Origin: Methanococcus maripaludis
GTDB lineage: Archaea; AGJL01; Methanococci; Methanococcales; Methanococcaceae
Assembly (NCBI RefSeq): GCF_002945325.1
Contig: NZ_CP026606.1
Coordinates: forward strand, 360,001 to 392,000
Direction: 5' to 3'
Length of the DNA stretch: 32,000 nucleotides
Shown here: positions 1 through 9,557 of the stretch, in pieces
Layout of the letters: the number at the start of each line of letters is the position of its first letter
Position numbering within the stretch: the first letter of the stretch is position 1
Made by a program: the position numbers and the translations under genes
The notes under the pieces: model-generated
Databases searched by the model: none
What the model saw: the letters and a program-made list of their open reading frames with translations, nothing else
Told to the model about the DNA's origin: nothing

Positions 1-57
1 TATAGGAATCTTAAAAAATAACTTTTTTTAAGTTTTTAGGTTAATAGGTGTGGCATT

Positions 58-1668
58 ATGGACAGTAATATTGATGTTGAAATTTTATCCATTTTATCTG
101 AAGCATCTGCCCCAGTTGGTGCAAAAATAATTGCAGATTCACTAAAAGACAGGGGTTATGATATTGGAGAAAGGGCTGTTAGGTATCACTTAAAAGTACT
201 TGATGAAAACAGTCTTACAAAAAAATTAGGTTATTCTGGAAGAGAAATTACTGAAAAAGGAATTGAAGAACTTGAAAAAGCGAACATTTCATTTAGAATT
301 GGTTCAGTATTCTCGCAAGTTATTGAAAAACTTTATCTGTCAGATTTTCCTTCAAAAGTTCTTATAAATACTGCTAAATTCGAAGGAGAGTATAAAACAA
401 TAAAAGAAATGGTATTACGATCATTTGAAGCAGGTTATTCTGTAGGAGATTACCTAAATATCAAGAAAAAAGGAAATACAGTATCTGTAGAAACCCTTTG
501 TAGCATTACGTTTGATAACTTTTTATTAAAAAACGGAATAATTCCAACCCCTGAATACGGTGGAATCGTTAAATTTGAAGATTACGAGCCAGTGAATTTT
601 GAAGGAGTAATTGATTTTAAAAGTTCTTCAATTGACCCATTAGTTGCATTTATCATGCAGGGAAAAACTGATGTAATAGGAGTAATTGAAAACGGAGAAG
701 GACTCGTTCCTGCAAACTTCCGAGTAATTCCAAAATCAAGTGAAAAACAGTTTGAAACTATCCTTAAAAAAGACATGCTAAATTCTGTTTTAGCATATGG
801 AACTGAAAACGTACTTGGAATGAATTTAAACCCTGAACAGATTGGAGTAGTGTTGGTTGGTGGATTAACGCCACTTTGTATCCCTCACGAATCAGGATAT
901 ACTGCAGACATAAGTGCTGCCACACAGCTTAAAGATATTTCATCAATGGAGAAAAAAACAAAAGGATTCCTTGAAGCAAAGAAAAAGAAAGGAAAATTTA
1001 AAGTAACTCCAGTTTTATCCAAAATGCTTTCAAAAATGCAGACCATAAATTATGATATTGAAGATAAAAAAGGCAACGTTGTTGTAAACACTGCAAAAAT
1101 TCCTATTGAATACAAGGAAGAAGCAATAAATGCATTAAAAGACAGTTATGAAAATAAACTCGCAATTTCAGATCGATTGAAAGTAGAATGCGACGATAAA
1201 TTCTTAAATGCATACACAATATGTTCATTAACTGTTGATGGAGTATTTTTGAAAAACAAAATTCCAGTAATTCCATACTATGGTGGAATTTTAGAAGTAA
1301 AAGCAGATAAAAAACGGTTTATTGAAGCAATTGACTACGAAGGGACTTCGCTTGACCCTCATGAGGTATTTTTCAATAAAGCTGATGGTAAAAACTACAT
1401 TTTAGCAGGTATTCGGAAAGTTCCAATGTCTGCATCTGAAAAATTAATAGAACTTAACGAAAAACTCGGTTGGAATTCGATAATCGAAATAGGAAGGCCA
1501 AATAACGATATCTGCGGTGTTCGTGTTGAAAAATGTATGTTTGGAATCACCACAATTGGTGGAACAAACCCATTTGCAAATATACGCAAAAATAACATCC
1601 CTGTGGAAATGAAGACCCTCCACAAATCAATTGACTATTCAGAACTAACACATTACGACGATATTTAA
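58..1668 (+). CDS. nrpR: Global nitrogen transcriptional regulator NrpR (N-terminal winged helix plus two DUF128/NRD domains)
   Basis: 536 aa ORF; N-terminal HTH-like region (VEILSILSEASAPVGAKIIADSLKDRGYDIGERAVRYHLKVL) followed by two homologous domains (NGIIPTPEYGGIVKFE / NKIPVIPYYGGILEVK). Confidence 0.93.
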   Translation: MDSNIDVEILSILSEASAPVGAKIIADSLKDRGYDIGERAVRYHLKVLDENSLTKKLGYSGREITEKGIEELEKANISFRIGSVFSQVIEKLYLSDFPSKVLINTAKFEGEYKTIKEMVLRSFEAGYSVGDYLNIKKKGNTVSVETLCSITFDNFLLKNGIIPTPEYGGIVKFEDYEPVNFEGVIDFKSSSIDPLVAFIMQGKTDVIGVIENGEGLVPANFRVIPKSSEKQFETILKKDMLNSVLAYGTENVLGMNLNPEQIGVVLVGGLTPLCIPHESGYTADISAATQLKDISSMEKKTKGFLEAKKKKGKFKVTPVLSKMLSKMQTINYDIEDKKGNVVVNTAKIPIEYKEEAINALKDSYENKLAISDRLKVECDDKFLNAYTICSLTVDGVFLKNKIPVIPYYGGILEVKADKKRFIEAIDYEGTSLDPHEVFFNKADGKNYILAGIRKVPMSASEKLIELNEKLGWNSIIEIGRPNNDICGVRVEKCMFGITTIGGTNPFANIRKNNIPVEMKTLHKSIDYSELTHYDDI

Positions 1669-1690
1669 ATTTTAATATAAGGAGATAATT

Positions 1691-2467
1691 ATGGGAAAAA
1701 AGGACAAAAGATGGGTTCTTCAAAGGAAAAACGACCATTACTATAATTTAGCAAAAAGAAGAAATTACAGATCACGAGCAACGTATAAATTATTCCAGTT
1801 GAATGAAAAATTCAATTTGATAAAAGAAAGAAACGTTGTTGTAGATTTAGGGTGTGCTCCAGGAGGATGGCTCCAAGCTGCAAGAGATATTGTTGGAGAT
1901 AATGGATTTATCGTTGGAATTGATTTACAAACTGTAAAACCGCTCCCACATGACAACGTCATTGCAATTAAAGGCGATATGACAAAAGAAGAAATATTAA
2001 AACAAGCCCGAGACCTTTTACCAGAAAAACCCGATGTTATAATCTGCGATGCTTCCCCAAACATCAGTGGTGTCTGGGATGTGGATCACGTAAGATCCCT
2101 TGAACTTACAACAATGGCACTCATGACTGCAACCAAAATGCTGAAAAAAGGCGGAAATTTTGTTGTAAAAGTATTTCAGGGCGATTTGTTTGAAAAATAT
2201 GTTCAACTCGTTTCAGAATACTTTGATAAAGCATTCACAACAAAACCAAGAGCTTCGAGAGATGAAAGTGCAGAAGTATATGTTATCGGAAAAAGATTTA
2301 ACGGCAGAAAATTTGACATGAACTCAAAATCGCCAATTGTAAAACTTCTTGATACAAAACCTGTCGAAGAAGAAATTACAAGCCCGAGTTTGAGGAAAGA
2401 AATTTCCAAAGAAGATAGTGGACTCATGATCAAAAGAATAAAAGAAATGAGATCCAAAAAAGAATAA
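1691..2467 (+). CDS. rlmE: 23S rRNA (uridine-2'-O-)-methyltransferase, FtsJ/RlmE family, with C-terminal extension
   Basis: ORF with SAM-binding motif [30 protein letters not shown]; start preceded by aaggaga. Confidence 0.93.
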   Translation: MGKKDKRWVLQRKNDHYYNLAKRRNYRSRATYKLFQLNEKFNLIKERNVVVDLGCAPGGWLQAARDIVGDNGFIVGIDLQTVKPLPHDNVIAIKGDMTKEEILKQARDLLPEKPDVIICDASPNISGVWDVDHVRSLELTTMALMTATKMLKKGGNFVVKVFQGDLFEKYVQLVSEYFDKAFTTKPRASRDESAEVYVIGKRFNGRKFDMNSKSPIVKLLDTKPVEEEITSPSLRKEISKEDSGLMIKRIKEMRSKKE

Positions 2468-2519
2468 TTTTTCCATTAATATAATTTTACTATTTTTAAA
2501 ATTTAAAAAAAAGATAAAT

Positions 2520-3074
2520 TTATTTCCAGAGTCTAAGTTCACTTCTTTTAACATCCTGTCTGTGTCTTTCTAAAAATTTGTACATTTTTGAGTGCGAAGT
2601 ACCCCTTAAAAGCATCTCTATTGCATCTTTTGCAATTTTTGCAGTTTCGATTTCTCCGATAATTGAAACAGTTTTTCCGTAAACTGAAATGTGTGTTGAA
2701 GTTAATTCTTCAATATATCTTCTGGATTTTCCACTACTTCCAATAATCCTTCCTTTTAATCGTTGGAGAGCTTTATCAGAATTTCCATATTCTGAAATAT
2801 CAATTACTTCGAAGGCATATTCATCAGAAACCAGCTTTAAAGCTTTTTCAGGATTAAATCCCCTTCCAATAGCTTTTACAATATCTCTCGCTTTCCAAAG
2901 TGCTAGCGGGTCTTTTTGTTCGTCCGTTGAATAAATATTAACTTCTCCTTCCGAATCAATCTCTAATTCAACTCCAAGATCACTTTCAAGCTTTTTTCTA
3001 ACTTCTCCGTGAGTTCCAATAAGGATACCTGTTCTCTCTTTTGGAATCTTCACTACTTCCACATTCTCGTACAT
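2520..3074 (-). CDS. KH-domain RNA-binding protein, archaeal Dim2/Pno1-like
   Basis: 184 aa; KH GXXG motifs (LIGTHGEVRKKLE; RIIGSSGKSRRYIE); adjacent to Rio1 and eIF1A. Confidence 0.88.
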   Translation of the reverse strand: MYENVEVVKIPKERTGILIGTHGEVRKKLESDLGVELEIDSEGEVNIYSTDEQKDPLALWKARDIVKAIGRGFNPEKALKLVSDEYAFEVIDISEYGNSDKALQRLKGRIIGSSGKSRRYIEELTSTHISVYGKTVSIIGEIETAKIAKDAIEMLLRGTSHSKMYKFLERHRQDVKRSELRLWK

Positions 3075-3154
3075 AAAATCTCACCAATTACGCAGTTAAA
3101 TTTCGTTAAATATTATATAAGTTATACTTAAAAAAAGATTTTGTAGAAATTTTA

Positions 3155-3976
3155 TTAATATGTTTTTGCCATTTCTTCATCAATTAATGCAAGTTCTTCT
3201 CCAGAAACAAACTTGTAGAACTCCCTGTAGTCAGTATCAATCCCTTTTCTTTTAAAGAAATTACATACGTTTTTAACATCCCTAATTAGGAGTGTTTTTG
3301 AAAGAGGATGTTCTTTAACAACCCCTTGTGAAAAGTCAATATATACTGGCTCTTCTTCGTGTACTAAGATATTATATTCAGAAAGATCCCCGTGAACTAA
3401 CTGGGCATCCTGATACAATACCTTCATATCTTCTTTTATCATTTCATAAAATTCGGAATAATCGACTTCAGTATCTTTCAATCTTGGAGCTGGAACTCCA
3501 TCTTCATGAACCATATCCATTAAAAGAATATTTTCTCGCTTTAATAGTGGTTCTGGCGTGTTTATATAATCTCCTGCCCTTAAAAGGTTTCTAAATTCTT
3601 TTTCCACCCATGCAGTTATTATCTGTCGAGTACTGCTTCTTCTAAGGTGGAATCGAGGATCACCCTGAATATATTTCCACATTGTTTTAAAATCACAAGT
3701 TGAAACACGGTAAACCTTTAATGCGTAGAGTTCATCCTCTTTATTCGCAGAAAATACCACTGCTTCTTTTCCGGAATTAACAACTCCTGAAATTTCGTCA
3801 ATGTGTTTTGCAACAAGTAAATTATAAATATTTAAGAGAGTACGTTGATCAAAAACTTCATTTTCAGTTTTTAATTCTTCCAAAAACTTCTTTTTTCGTT
3901 CAACTATCTTTTTTTGAAACTCCCTATCAAGCTGTTTTTCTTTTTTATCTAAATCCATTTTAAGGACATCTTTCAT
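3155..3976 (-). CDS. rio1: RIO-type serine protein kinase Rio1 (start may be 3976 or 3958)
   Basis: RIO signature: STGKEAVVF-like loop (VNSGKEAVVFSA), VHGDLSEYNILV, PVYIDFSQ. Confidence 0.92.
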   Translation of the reverse strand: MKDVLKMDLDKKEKQLDREFQKKIVERKKKFLEELKTENEVFDQRTLLNIYNLLVAKHIDEISGVVNSGKEAVVFSANKEDELYALKVYRVSTCDFKTMWKYIQGDPRFHLRRSSTRQIITAWVEKEFRNLLRAGDYINTPEPLLKRENILLMDMVHEDGVPAPRLKDTEVDYSEFYEMIKEDMKVLYQDAQLVHGDLSEYNILVHEEEPVYIDFSQGVVKEHPLSKTLLIRDVKNVCNFFKRKGIDTDYREFYKFVSGEELALIDEEMAKTY

Positions 3977-3984
3977 TAATATCC

Positions 3985-4299
3985 CTATCGCATGAAGTCT
4001 AAGTATCCTTTTCTATTTAACCAGTCAACCTGTCCTTTTGTGTATCTCCAAATTACGTCGCACTTCTCATCAGATTGAACTTCCCAAGGGGTAACAATTA
4101 CAACATCGTCTTCCCTTACCCAGATTTTTCTTTTTAACTTTCCAGGAATTCTGCCCATTCTAAGTTTTCCATCCATACATCTTACTCTAACTCTGCTTGC
4201 ACCAAGCATTTGTTCGATTACTCCCAGAACTTCATTTTCATTTTCTCGCGGAGTCCTAACTCTTGTTGGTTGTTGTGGGGGTGTTTGTTGTCCTCGCAT
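3985..4299 (-). CDS. eif1A: Translation initiation factor eIF-1A / aIF1A
   Basis: OB-fold protein (MRGQQTPP...[49 protein letters not shown]). ATG at 4299 has GGTG Shine-Dalgarno just upstream; the track's 4308 start is a GTG overlapping that SD. Confidence 0.93.
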   Translation of the reverse strand: MRGQQTPPQQPTRVRTPRENENEVLGVIEQMLGASRVRVRCMDGKLRMGRIPGKLKRKIWVREDDVVIVTPWEVQSDEKCDVIWRYTKGQVDWLNRKGYLDFMR

Positions 4300-4443
4300 A
4301 GTTTTCACCTTTTTTTGATAATTTTAAAAAATTAGTTAATCGATAGTTTTAAGAAATCAAAAGAAAAACGTAAAACGAAGGTTATTCGTTTATTTTTAAA
4401 TCTTTTTATAGTAATGAAGTATTAATCATTTATATACTTAATT

Positions 4444-5097
4444 ATGTATGGTGAGAGTTTGGTAAAATTAATGCTTGCACTTGATGTAATGGATGAAAAA
4501 AAAGCAGTTTTGATTGCTAAAGAAACTTCAGAGTACGTTGATTCTATAAAAATAGGATACCCGTTAGTTTTAGCTACAGGATTAAATATAATCGACAAAA
4601 TAAAGGAATCTACCAACAAAGAAGTAATCTGCGATTTTAAAGTTGCAGACATTCCTTCAACAAATGAAAAAATTGCAGAAATAACACTAAATCATGCTGA
4701 CGGAATAATATGTCAGGGTTTTGTTGGATCAGACAGTGTTTCTGCAATTTTAAACGTTGCGAGAGCTAAAAATAAAAAAGTAATAATGGTAACAGAAATG
4801 TCTCATCCTGGAGCTACAGAATACTTACAAAACGTAGCTGAGGATATGGCAAAAATGGCTGACAGATTAAAAGTTGATGGAATAGTTGCACCATCAACAC
4901 GGCCTGAACGATTAAAAGAAATTAAATCAATTGCAAAAGATGCTTTTGTGATATCTCCAGGAGTTGGTGCTCAAGGCGGAAATTTAAGCGACGTTTTGAA
5001 CGTTTTGAACGAAAATGACTACGTGATTATTGGAAGAGCAATCTACGAAAATGAAAATCCGAAAAATGCTGCAAAAAAATATAAAATACAAATGTAA
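4444..5097 (+). CDS. pyrF: Orotidine 5'-phosphate decarboxylase
   Basis: MLALDVMD..., VICDFKVADIPSTN, ISPGVGAQGG phosphate-binding region. Confidence 0.93.
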   Translation: MYGESLVKLMLALDVMDEKKAVLIAKETSEYVDSIKIGYPLVLATGLNIIDKIKESTNKEVICDFKVADIPSTNEKIAEITLNHADGIICQGFVGSDSVSAILNVARAKNKKVIMVTEMSHPGATEYLQNVAEDMAKMADRLKVDGIVAPSTRPERLKEIKSIAKDAFVISPGVGAQGGNLSDVLNVLNENDYVIIGRAIYENENPKNAAKKYKIQM

Positions 5098-5217
5098 GTT
5101 GTAATTAAAAGTTTATAGTGTCAGCAAAAGGTATTTATAAATTTAAAGAGTATATATTATTAACTTAATTTTATTAATTATTTTTAACTACCGATTAAAT
5201 ATTGTTAGGCGATAGTT

Positions 5218-5841
5218 ATGTTATTAAACTCTAAACGAGGACAGCTTTCAATTGAAATGGTAATACTAGTTCTTGCAGTATTACTTTCTGGAACAGTACT
5301 TGCTGCCCACATGACAAAAGATACCAACAATGCGGGCGAAGTCCAAGAACTCAAAAAACTTACGCTTGGAGCTTTTTCGAGCAGTGCCGTTGAATCAGGA
5401 GCGTCTGTGATTCCAGAAGAAGAGGAAGAAACTGAGCCAGAAGAAGAGGAAGAAACTCCTGCAGGCGGGGTCAATGAAATTCAAAACATTAGAATAAACC
5501 CTGGAAATGGACACCCTGTTGAATTTTTAATAAAATATAATGGTGTAACCTCACTAACTCGTTCAAATATCCATGCAACAGCAGGATACGCAACATTCAT
5601 TCAAGTCAAGGCAATTGGAAATACGGGCATTACAATAAATGGAACCACATACAACAATAAAGCTTTCATAATAGAATCAGTAGACCCTGATACCCCTATG
5701 ACATATGAAATTACAAAAACACATGAAAAGGGATTATTTGGATGGATTTTCAAAAACCCCCAATATACTATAACCATTACTGCTCCGGATGGTGCAATAA
5801 AACTAACATATATTGGATCCAACTTCAATAATTATTACTAA
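5218..5841 (+). CDS. Type IV pilin-like protein with class III signal peptide
   Basis: N-terminus [25 protein letters not shown] contains the QXSXEXXXL motif of archaeal EppA-processed pilins; central acidic [13 protein letters not shown] stretch. Confidence 0.85.
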   Translation: MLLNSKRGQLSIEMVILVLAVLLSGTVLAAHMTKDTNNAGEVQELKKLTLGAFSSSAVESGASVIPEEEEETEPEEEEETPAGGVNEIQNIRINPGNGHPVEFLIKYNGVTSLTRSNIHATAGYATFIQVKAIGNTGITINGTTYNNKAFIIESVDPDTPMTYEITKTHEKGLFGWIFKNPQYTITITAPDGAIKLTYIGSNFNNYY

Positions 5842-5934
5842 TTCAAAATTTCTTTTTTTAATTAAGTATTTATTCTGAAAAATCCTAATTTTTATACATA
5901 ATATTTTTATTTTGTCGAATTGGGGTGGTTATAT

Positions 5935-6618
5935 ATGGCAAAATTTTCAAAAGGCCAGATTTCAATAGAATTAATACTTTTAATGATGGCAGTACTTCTT
6001 GCAGGTATTTTGGTATCATTTCACATGACAAAATTTACATTTGAAGGGGACATATTATCAGACGTTAGGGAAGGCACATATCAAGTATTTGCTATATCAA
6101 TATATGAGCCCCCGATATATTACTCATTAAATTTTTCTGACGTGAAAATAAGCCCTTCAACAAATTTAGAGAACGCATGGCTTCAAATAAACGATACTGG
6201 AAACGATACATATCTTTGGTATTATTCAGATGGGACATTTAAAGGTCTGGCAAACACCAGTGATCCAGGGGAAAGTGTTACAGAAGACAATCTCGTTTTA
6301 TTACCCCATGAAGGGTATGCATCAGATATAATCTTCAGATCGAATATCCCCACAGCAATGTCATGGAATTCTTATGAACTTGATTTTAATGATATTAAAA
6401 AATTTGAAATAATTGCAAATGATGTTGAAAATAATCCCATAAGCTACAGTTTGACCCACGGGGATAGTCCTGAAACGTCAAATCAGGCATATTTAAATAT
6501 TAAAGCAAATGATGTAACAATAATTGTTACAAAAGCCAATAATAAAGTTTTTGAAGTTATAGCAAATACGACTTCGGGGACTATAGAGCTGTTACCATAT
6601 ACTGAAACATCACCATAA
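5935..6618 (+). CDS. Type IV pilin-like protein with class III signal peptide
   Basis: MAKFSKGQISIELILLMMAVLLAG (QISIE motif). ATG 5935 is preceded by ggggtgg; track start 5920 is an upstream TTG. Confidence 0.85.
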   Translation: MAKFSKGQISIELILLMMAVLLAGILVSFHMTKFTFEGDILSDVREGTYQVFAISIYEPPIYYSLNFSDVKISPSTNLENAWLQINDTGNDTYLWYYSDGTFKGLANTSDPGESVTEDNLVLLPHEGYASDIIFRSNIPTAMSWNSYELDFNDIKKFEIIANDVENNPISYSLTHGDSPETSNQAYLNIKANDVTIIVTKANNKVFEVIANTTSGTIELLPYTETSP

Positions 6619-6652
6619 CCATATTATTTATTATTTTGAAAATCGTGAAAAA

Positions 6653-7399
6653 ATGAACATATGGATTCGTGGCGGAACTAGTGACGCAAACAATATTTCA
6701 AAAGAAATTAAAAGAAATTTTAAAGACTCTTTTTTAATTTTAACCACCACAACAGACTTCGGTGGAAAAATTGCAGAAAATTTTGCAGATTTGGTAATTT
6801 CAGAAAAAATGACTTATGATAATTTAAAAAAAACACTACTCGATAAAAAAATAGATGTTTTTATTGACGCAACACATCCATTTGCCACGCATGCAAGTGA
6901 AACCGGCATAAAAATATCAAAAGAATTAAATATTCCATATATCCGGTACGAAAGGCCCTCTGAAAAATTTAAAAACGCTTTTTACGTTGAAAATTATGAA
7001 GAAGCTGCTAAATTAGCTTTAAAAATTTCTAAAAAAAATATATTTTACATGTCTGGAATTAAAAATTTAAAAAATGTTTCTGAAATTATTCCAATTGAAA
7101 AGCTGATTGTGAGGATACTTCCAACTTCCGTTCCAGAAGCTCTTAAAATACTTCCTTCAAAAAACATTGTTGCAATGCAAGGCGTATTTTCAGAAAATTT
7201 AAATAAAGAACTAATAATTGATTATAACTGTGATGTAATTATTACAAAAGACAGTGGTAAAAGCGGAGGACTCTATGAGAAAGTTTCTGGTGCGACTTTG
7301 GCCGGTGCAAAACCAATAATTATAAAGCGTCCAGAAATAAATTACCCGTTAAAATTTGAAAAAATAGTTGAAATAGTAAATTATCTAAAAAATGTATAA
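6653..7399 (+). CDS. cobK: Cobalt-precorrin-6A reductase (CbiJ/CobK)
   Basis: IWIRGGTSDANNISK N-terminus, DATHPFATHASE, ITKDSGKSGGLYEKVSGA motifs. Confidence 0.88.
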   Translation: MNIWIRGGTSDANNISKEIKRNFKDSFLILTTTTDFGGKIAENFADLVISEKMTYDNLKKTLLDKKIDVFIDATHPFATHASETGIKISKELNIPYIRYERPSEKFKNAFYVENYEEAAKLALKISKKNIFYMSGIKNLKNVSEIIPIEKLIVRILPTSVPEALKILPSKNIVAMQGVFSENLNKELIIDYNCDVIITKDSGKSGGLYEKVSGATLAGAKPIIIKRPEINYPLKFEKIVEIVNYLKNV

Positions 7400-7403
7400 A
7401 TAT

Positions 7404-8690
7404 TTATTTTAAGTGTTCTATATCCTCATCATTAGGAATATAGTCCAACAGGTAACCTCCAGGCCTTAAACCATATAATAATGCTTTATCCATGTAATTT
7501 AATATTAAATTCAATATTTCATCGTGTTCTAATCTCAATGGCCCGATATAACAATTTTTTTCAGTAAATTCCGATATATCATCTTTTCTAACATTTTTTC
7601 CAGACACTATCAGTGAATACTCATTTCCCGAATTTACAAACGCGCCCATCATTTTAGAAAGCTTTTTTGAAGTGATTACTAAAAGTACATCTTCTAAATC
7701 AGTAAGTTTATCGAGACATGCATCCATTTCTTCTATTACGGCGGCCTTTTCCACAGGATCCTTTATCTGACCTTCAGAAATCCTACAGCATTTCACATAC
7801 ATTAAATCGTAGTTATCAAGATACTTTATCGAAGAATTTACTGACTCAGATAAATCTTTTGTAAGTAAATAGTCTACTTTTACAAATCTGGAAAATCCTT
7901 TCGCAAGCCTACAATTCGAAATCGATAGTGCTTTTAAACCGTATTTCTCATAAAATGTAGAAATATCAATGTTTTTACCAGGAAATCGAGTTATTAAAAA
8001 ATTTATTGGATATTTACCCTTCCTTTTTCTTTTAATATTGATCTCGTGGTTCTCCAAAATTTTATGGCACCTTAATAAAAACTTGTTTAACGCCTCGGCA
8101 GTACTTTTAGCACGCTTACACTCCCCTGGAGAGTCACATAATTCATAAACAGGCGATATTTTATTTACATGCCTTCCAGGATAATAAGGATCAGAATCAG
8201 AAATTTTATCAGATATCCAACCGTTTTTATCAGTCATTGACAAAACACAGCCGTAATCAGCACAAGTTTTCAAATTAAATTCATAACCCTCAAAATTCGT
8301 TGGGATAAGTGACATTAACTGGTTCAGTTCTTTATCTGTTAAATCGCAAGATGCCCTATCTACGACCCTGTGGCCATAGTTGTCTTCTATCGTTGAAACA
8401 AAAGTGCATTCAATGTAAACTGCATTATCACTAAGTTCCAGATCTTCCCCAAGTGCCCTTAAAACACTTATTCCTGGAAATTCATCCCGAGAATATCCGA
8501 GCATTAAAAATAGATCCATTACTGAATACGTTGGAACTCCTTTTTTATAAGGTGATAACAACCCGCAAGAACCTTTTTGAACCAATTTATCAAAATTTGG
8601 AGTTTTTGCATATTCTAATGGAGTTTTATTATCTAAAATTTCATAAGAGTCATCCAAAAGTCCGTCAAAATCTAAAACGATTGTTTTCAT
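7404..8690 (-). CDS. Alkaline phosphatase superfamily protein, archaeal phosphoglycerate mutase (ApgM)-like paralogue, probably catalytically degenerate
   Basis: KTIVLDFDGLLDD...NKTPLEYAKTPNFDKLVQKGSCGLL; DSDPYYPGRHVNKISP; AKSTAEALNKFL. The usual C-terminal metal-binding DXXGHXGD and GDHSTP segments are not recognisable. Confidence 0.72.
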   Translation of the reverse strand: MKTIVLDFDGLLDDSYEILDNKTPLEYAKTPNFDKLVQKGSCGLLSPYKKGVPTYSVMDLFLMLGYSRDEFPGISVLRALGEDLELSDNAVYIECTFVSTIEDNYGHRVVDRASCDLTDKELNQLMSLIPTNFEGYEFNLKTCADYGCVLSMTDKNGWISDKISDSDPYYPGRHVNKISPVYELCDSPGECKRAKSTAEALNKFLLRCHKILENHEINIKRKRKGKYPINFLITRFPGKNIDISTFYEKYGLKALSISNCRLAKGFSRFVKVDYLLTKDLSESVNSSIKYLDNYDLMYVKCCRISEGQIKDPVEKAAVIEEMDACLDKLTDLEDVLLVITSKKLSKMMGAFVNSGNEYSLIVSGKNVRKDDISEFTEKNCYIGPLRLEHDEILNLILNYMDKALLYGLRPGGYLLDYIPNDEDIEHLK

Positions 8691-8847
8691 GTGCCACCGC
8701 CCTATCTACTAAACTTCTTAAGCCATATAAAAATATATTATGAGGCATATATAAAGTTAAAAATACGCAACAATTTCGATCAATATATATTTTATAAAAA
8801 AAGAAATATTTTAAGTTTATTTAAAAGTAAGAAAATATTATATGATT

Positions 8848-9540
8848 TTAGTTTCCTTTCCAGATTCCAACCATCATCATGTGGTCTTTTTCGAAAGGTT
8901 CGATGTTTACTTCATCAACAATTTCAAATCCGCCTTCAATCAATATTTTCTTTTGTTCAGCAAATATTTCTCTTGGATTTTTTGTAACATCGACACTTCT
9001 TGCTTTTATAGATATCATTGCATATCCATTTTCTTTTAAAAACCATTTTGCATTTTTTACAAGAATTTCTGCCTGGTTTGGCTGTGCAACATCTTCAAAA
9101 ATGACATCCACTTTTTCAACGATATTTGAATAATCCTGAGGCCTGTTTGCATCCCCTAAAACAGGAATTAAATTTTTCCTTTCATTGCATGAATCAATAA
9201 ATTCTCTCATGATTCTTGGTGCAAACTCAAGAGCATAAACGAGGGAATTTTCTGCAATATCTGCAACGTGTGAAGGAGTAGTTCCAGCAGATGCTCCAAG
9301 GTAGAGAACTTTCTCTCCTTTTTTGATAGGCAACTTTTTCAAGCCGTTTATGATTGCAGCTCCAAGTTTACTCTTGTTTGGATTCCATATTCTATACTCT
9401 ATACTGTCAGAATATACTAATTTTTCCCCGTAAACTCTTTTTCCAGGAACTAATGATTTTGTAGCAATTCTTTTAAGTCCGTCTCCAAAATCTACTGAAT
9501 ATACGTTATCAAAAATTTCTTTTACCCTAATTTTTTCCAT
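8848..9540 (-). CDS. flpA: Fibrillarin-like rRNA/tRNA 2'-O-methyltransferase
   Basis: KVLYLGASAGTTPSHVADI, VYALEFAPRIMREFI, DVIFEDVAQPNQAEIL; next to Nop5. Confidence 0.95.
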   Translation of the reverse strand: MEKIRVKEIFDNVYSVDFGDGLKRIATKSLVPGKRVYGEKLVYSDSIEYRIWNPNKSKLGAAIINGLKKLPIKKGEKVLYLGASAGTTPSHVADIAENSLVYALEFAPRIMREFIDSCNERKNLIPVLGDANRPQDYSNIVEKVDVIFEDVAQPNQAEILVKNAKWFLKENGYAMISIKARSVDVTKNPREIFAEQKKILIEGGFEIVDEVNIEPFEKDHMMMVGIWKGN

Positions 9541-9557
9541 TTAACTCACCATATGGC

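Noticed and set aside
8453-8987. Small + strand ORFs (96 and 98 aa) around the start of the ApgM-like gene and the gap to flpA
   Set aside because: Rich in F/Y/K/N, low complexity, mostly overlapping coding sequence or AT-rich promoter DNA.
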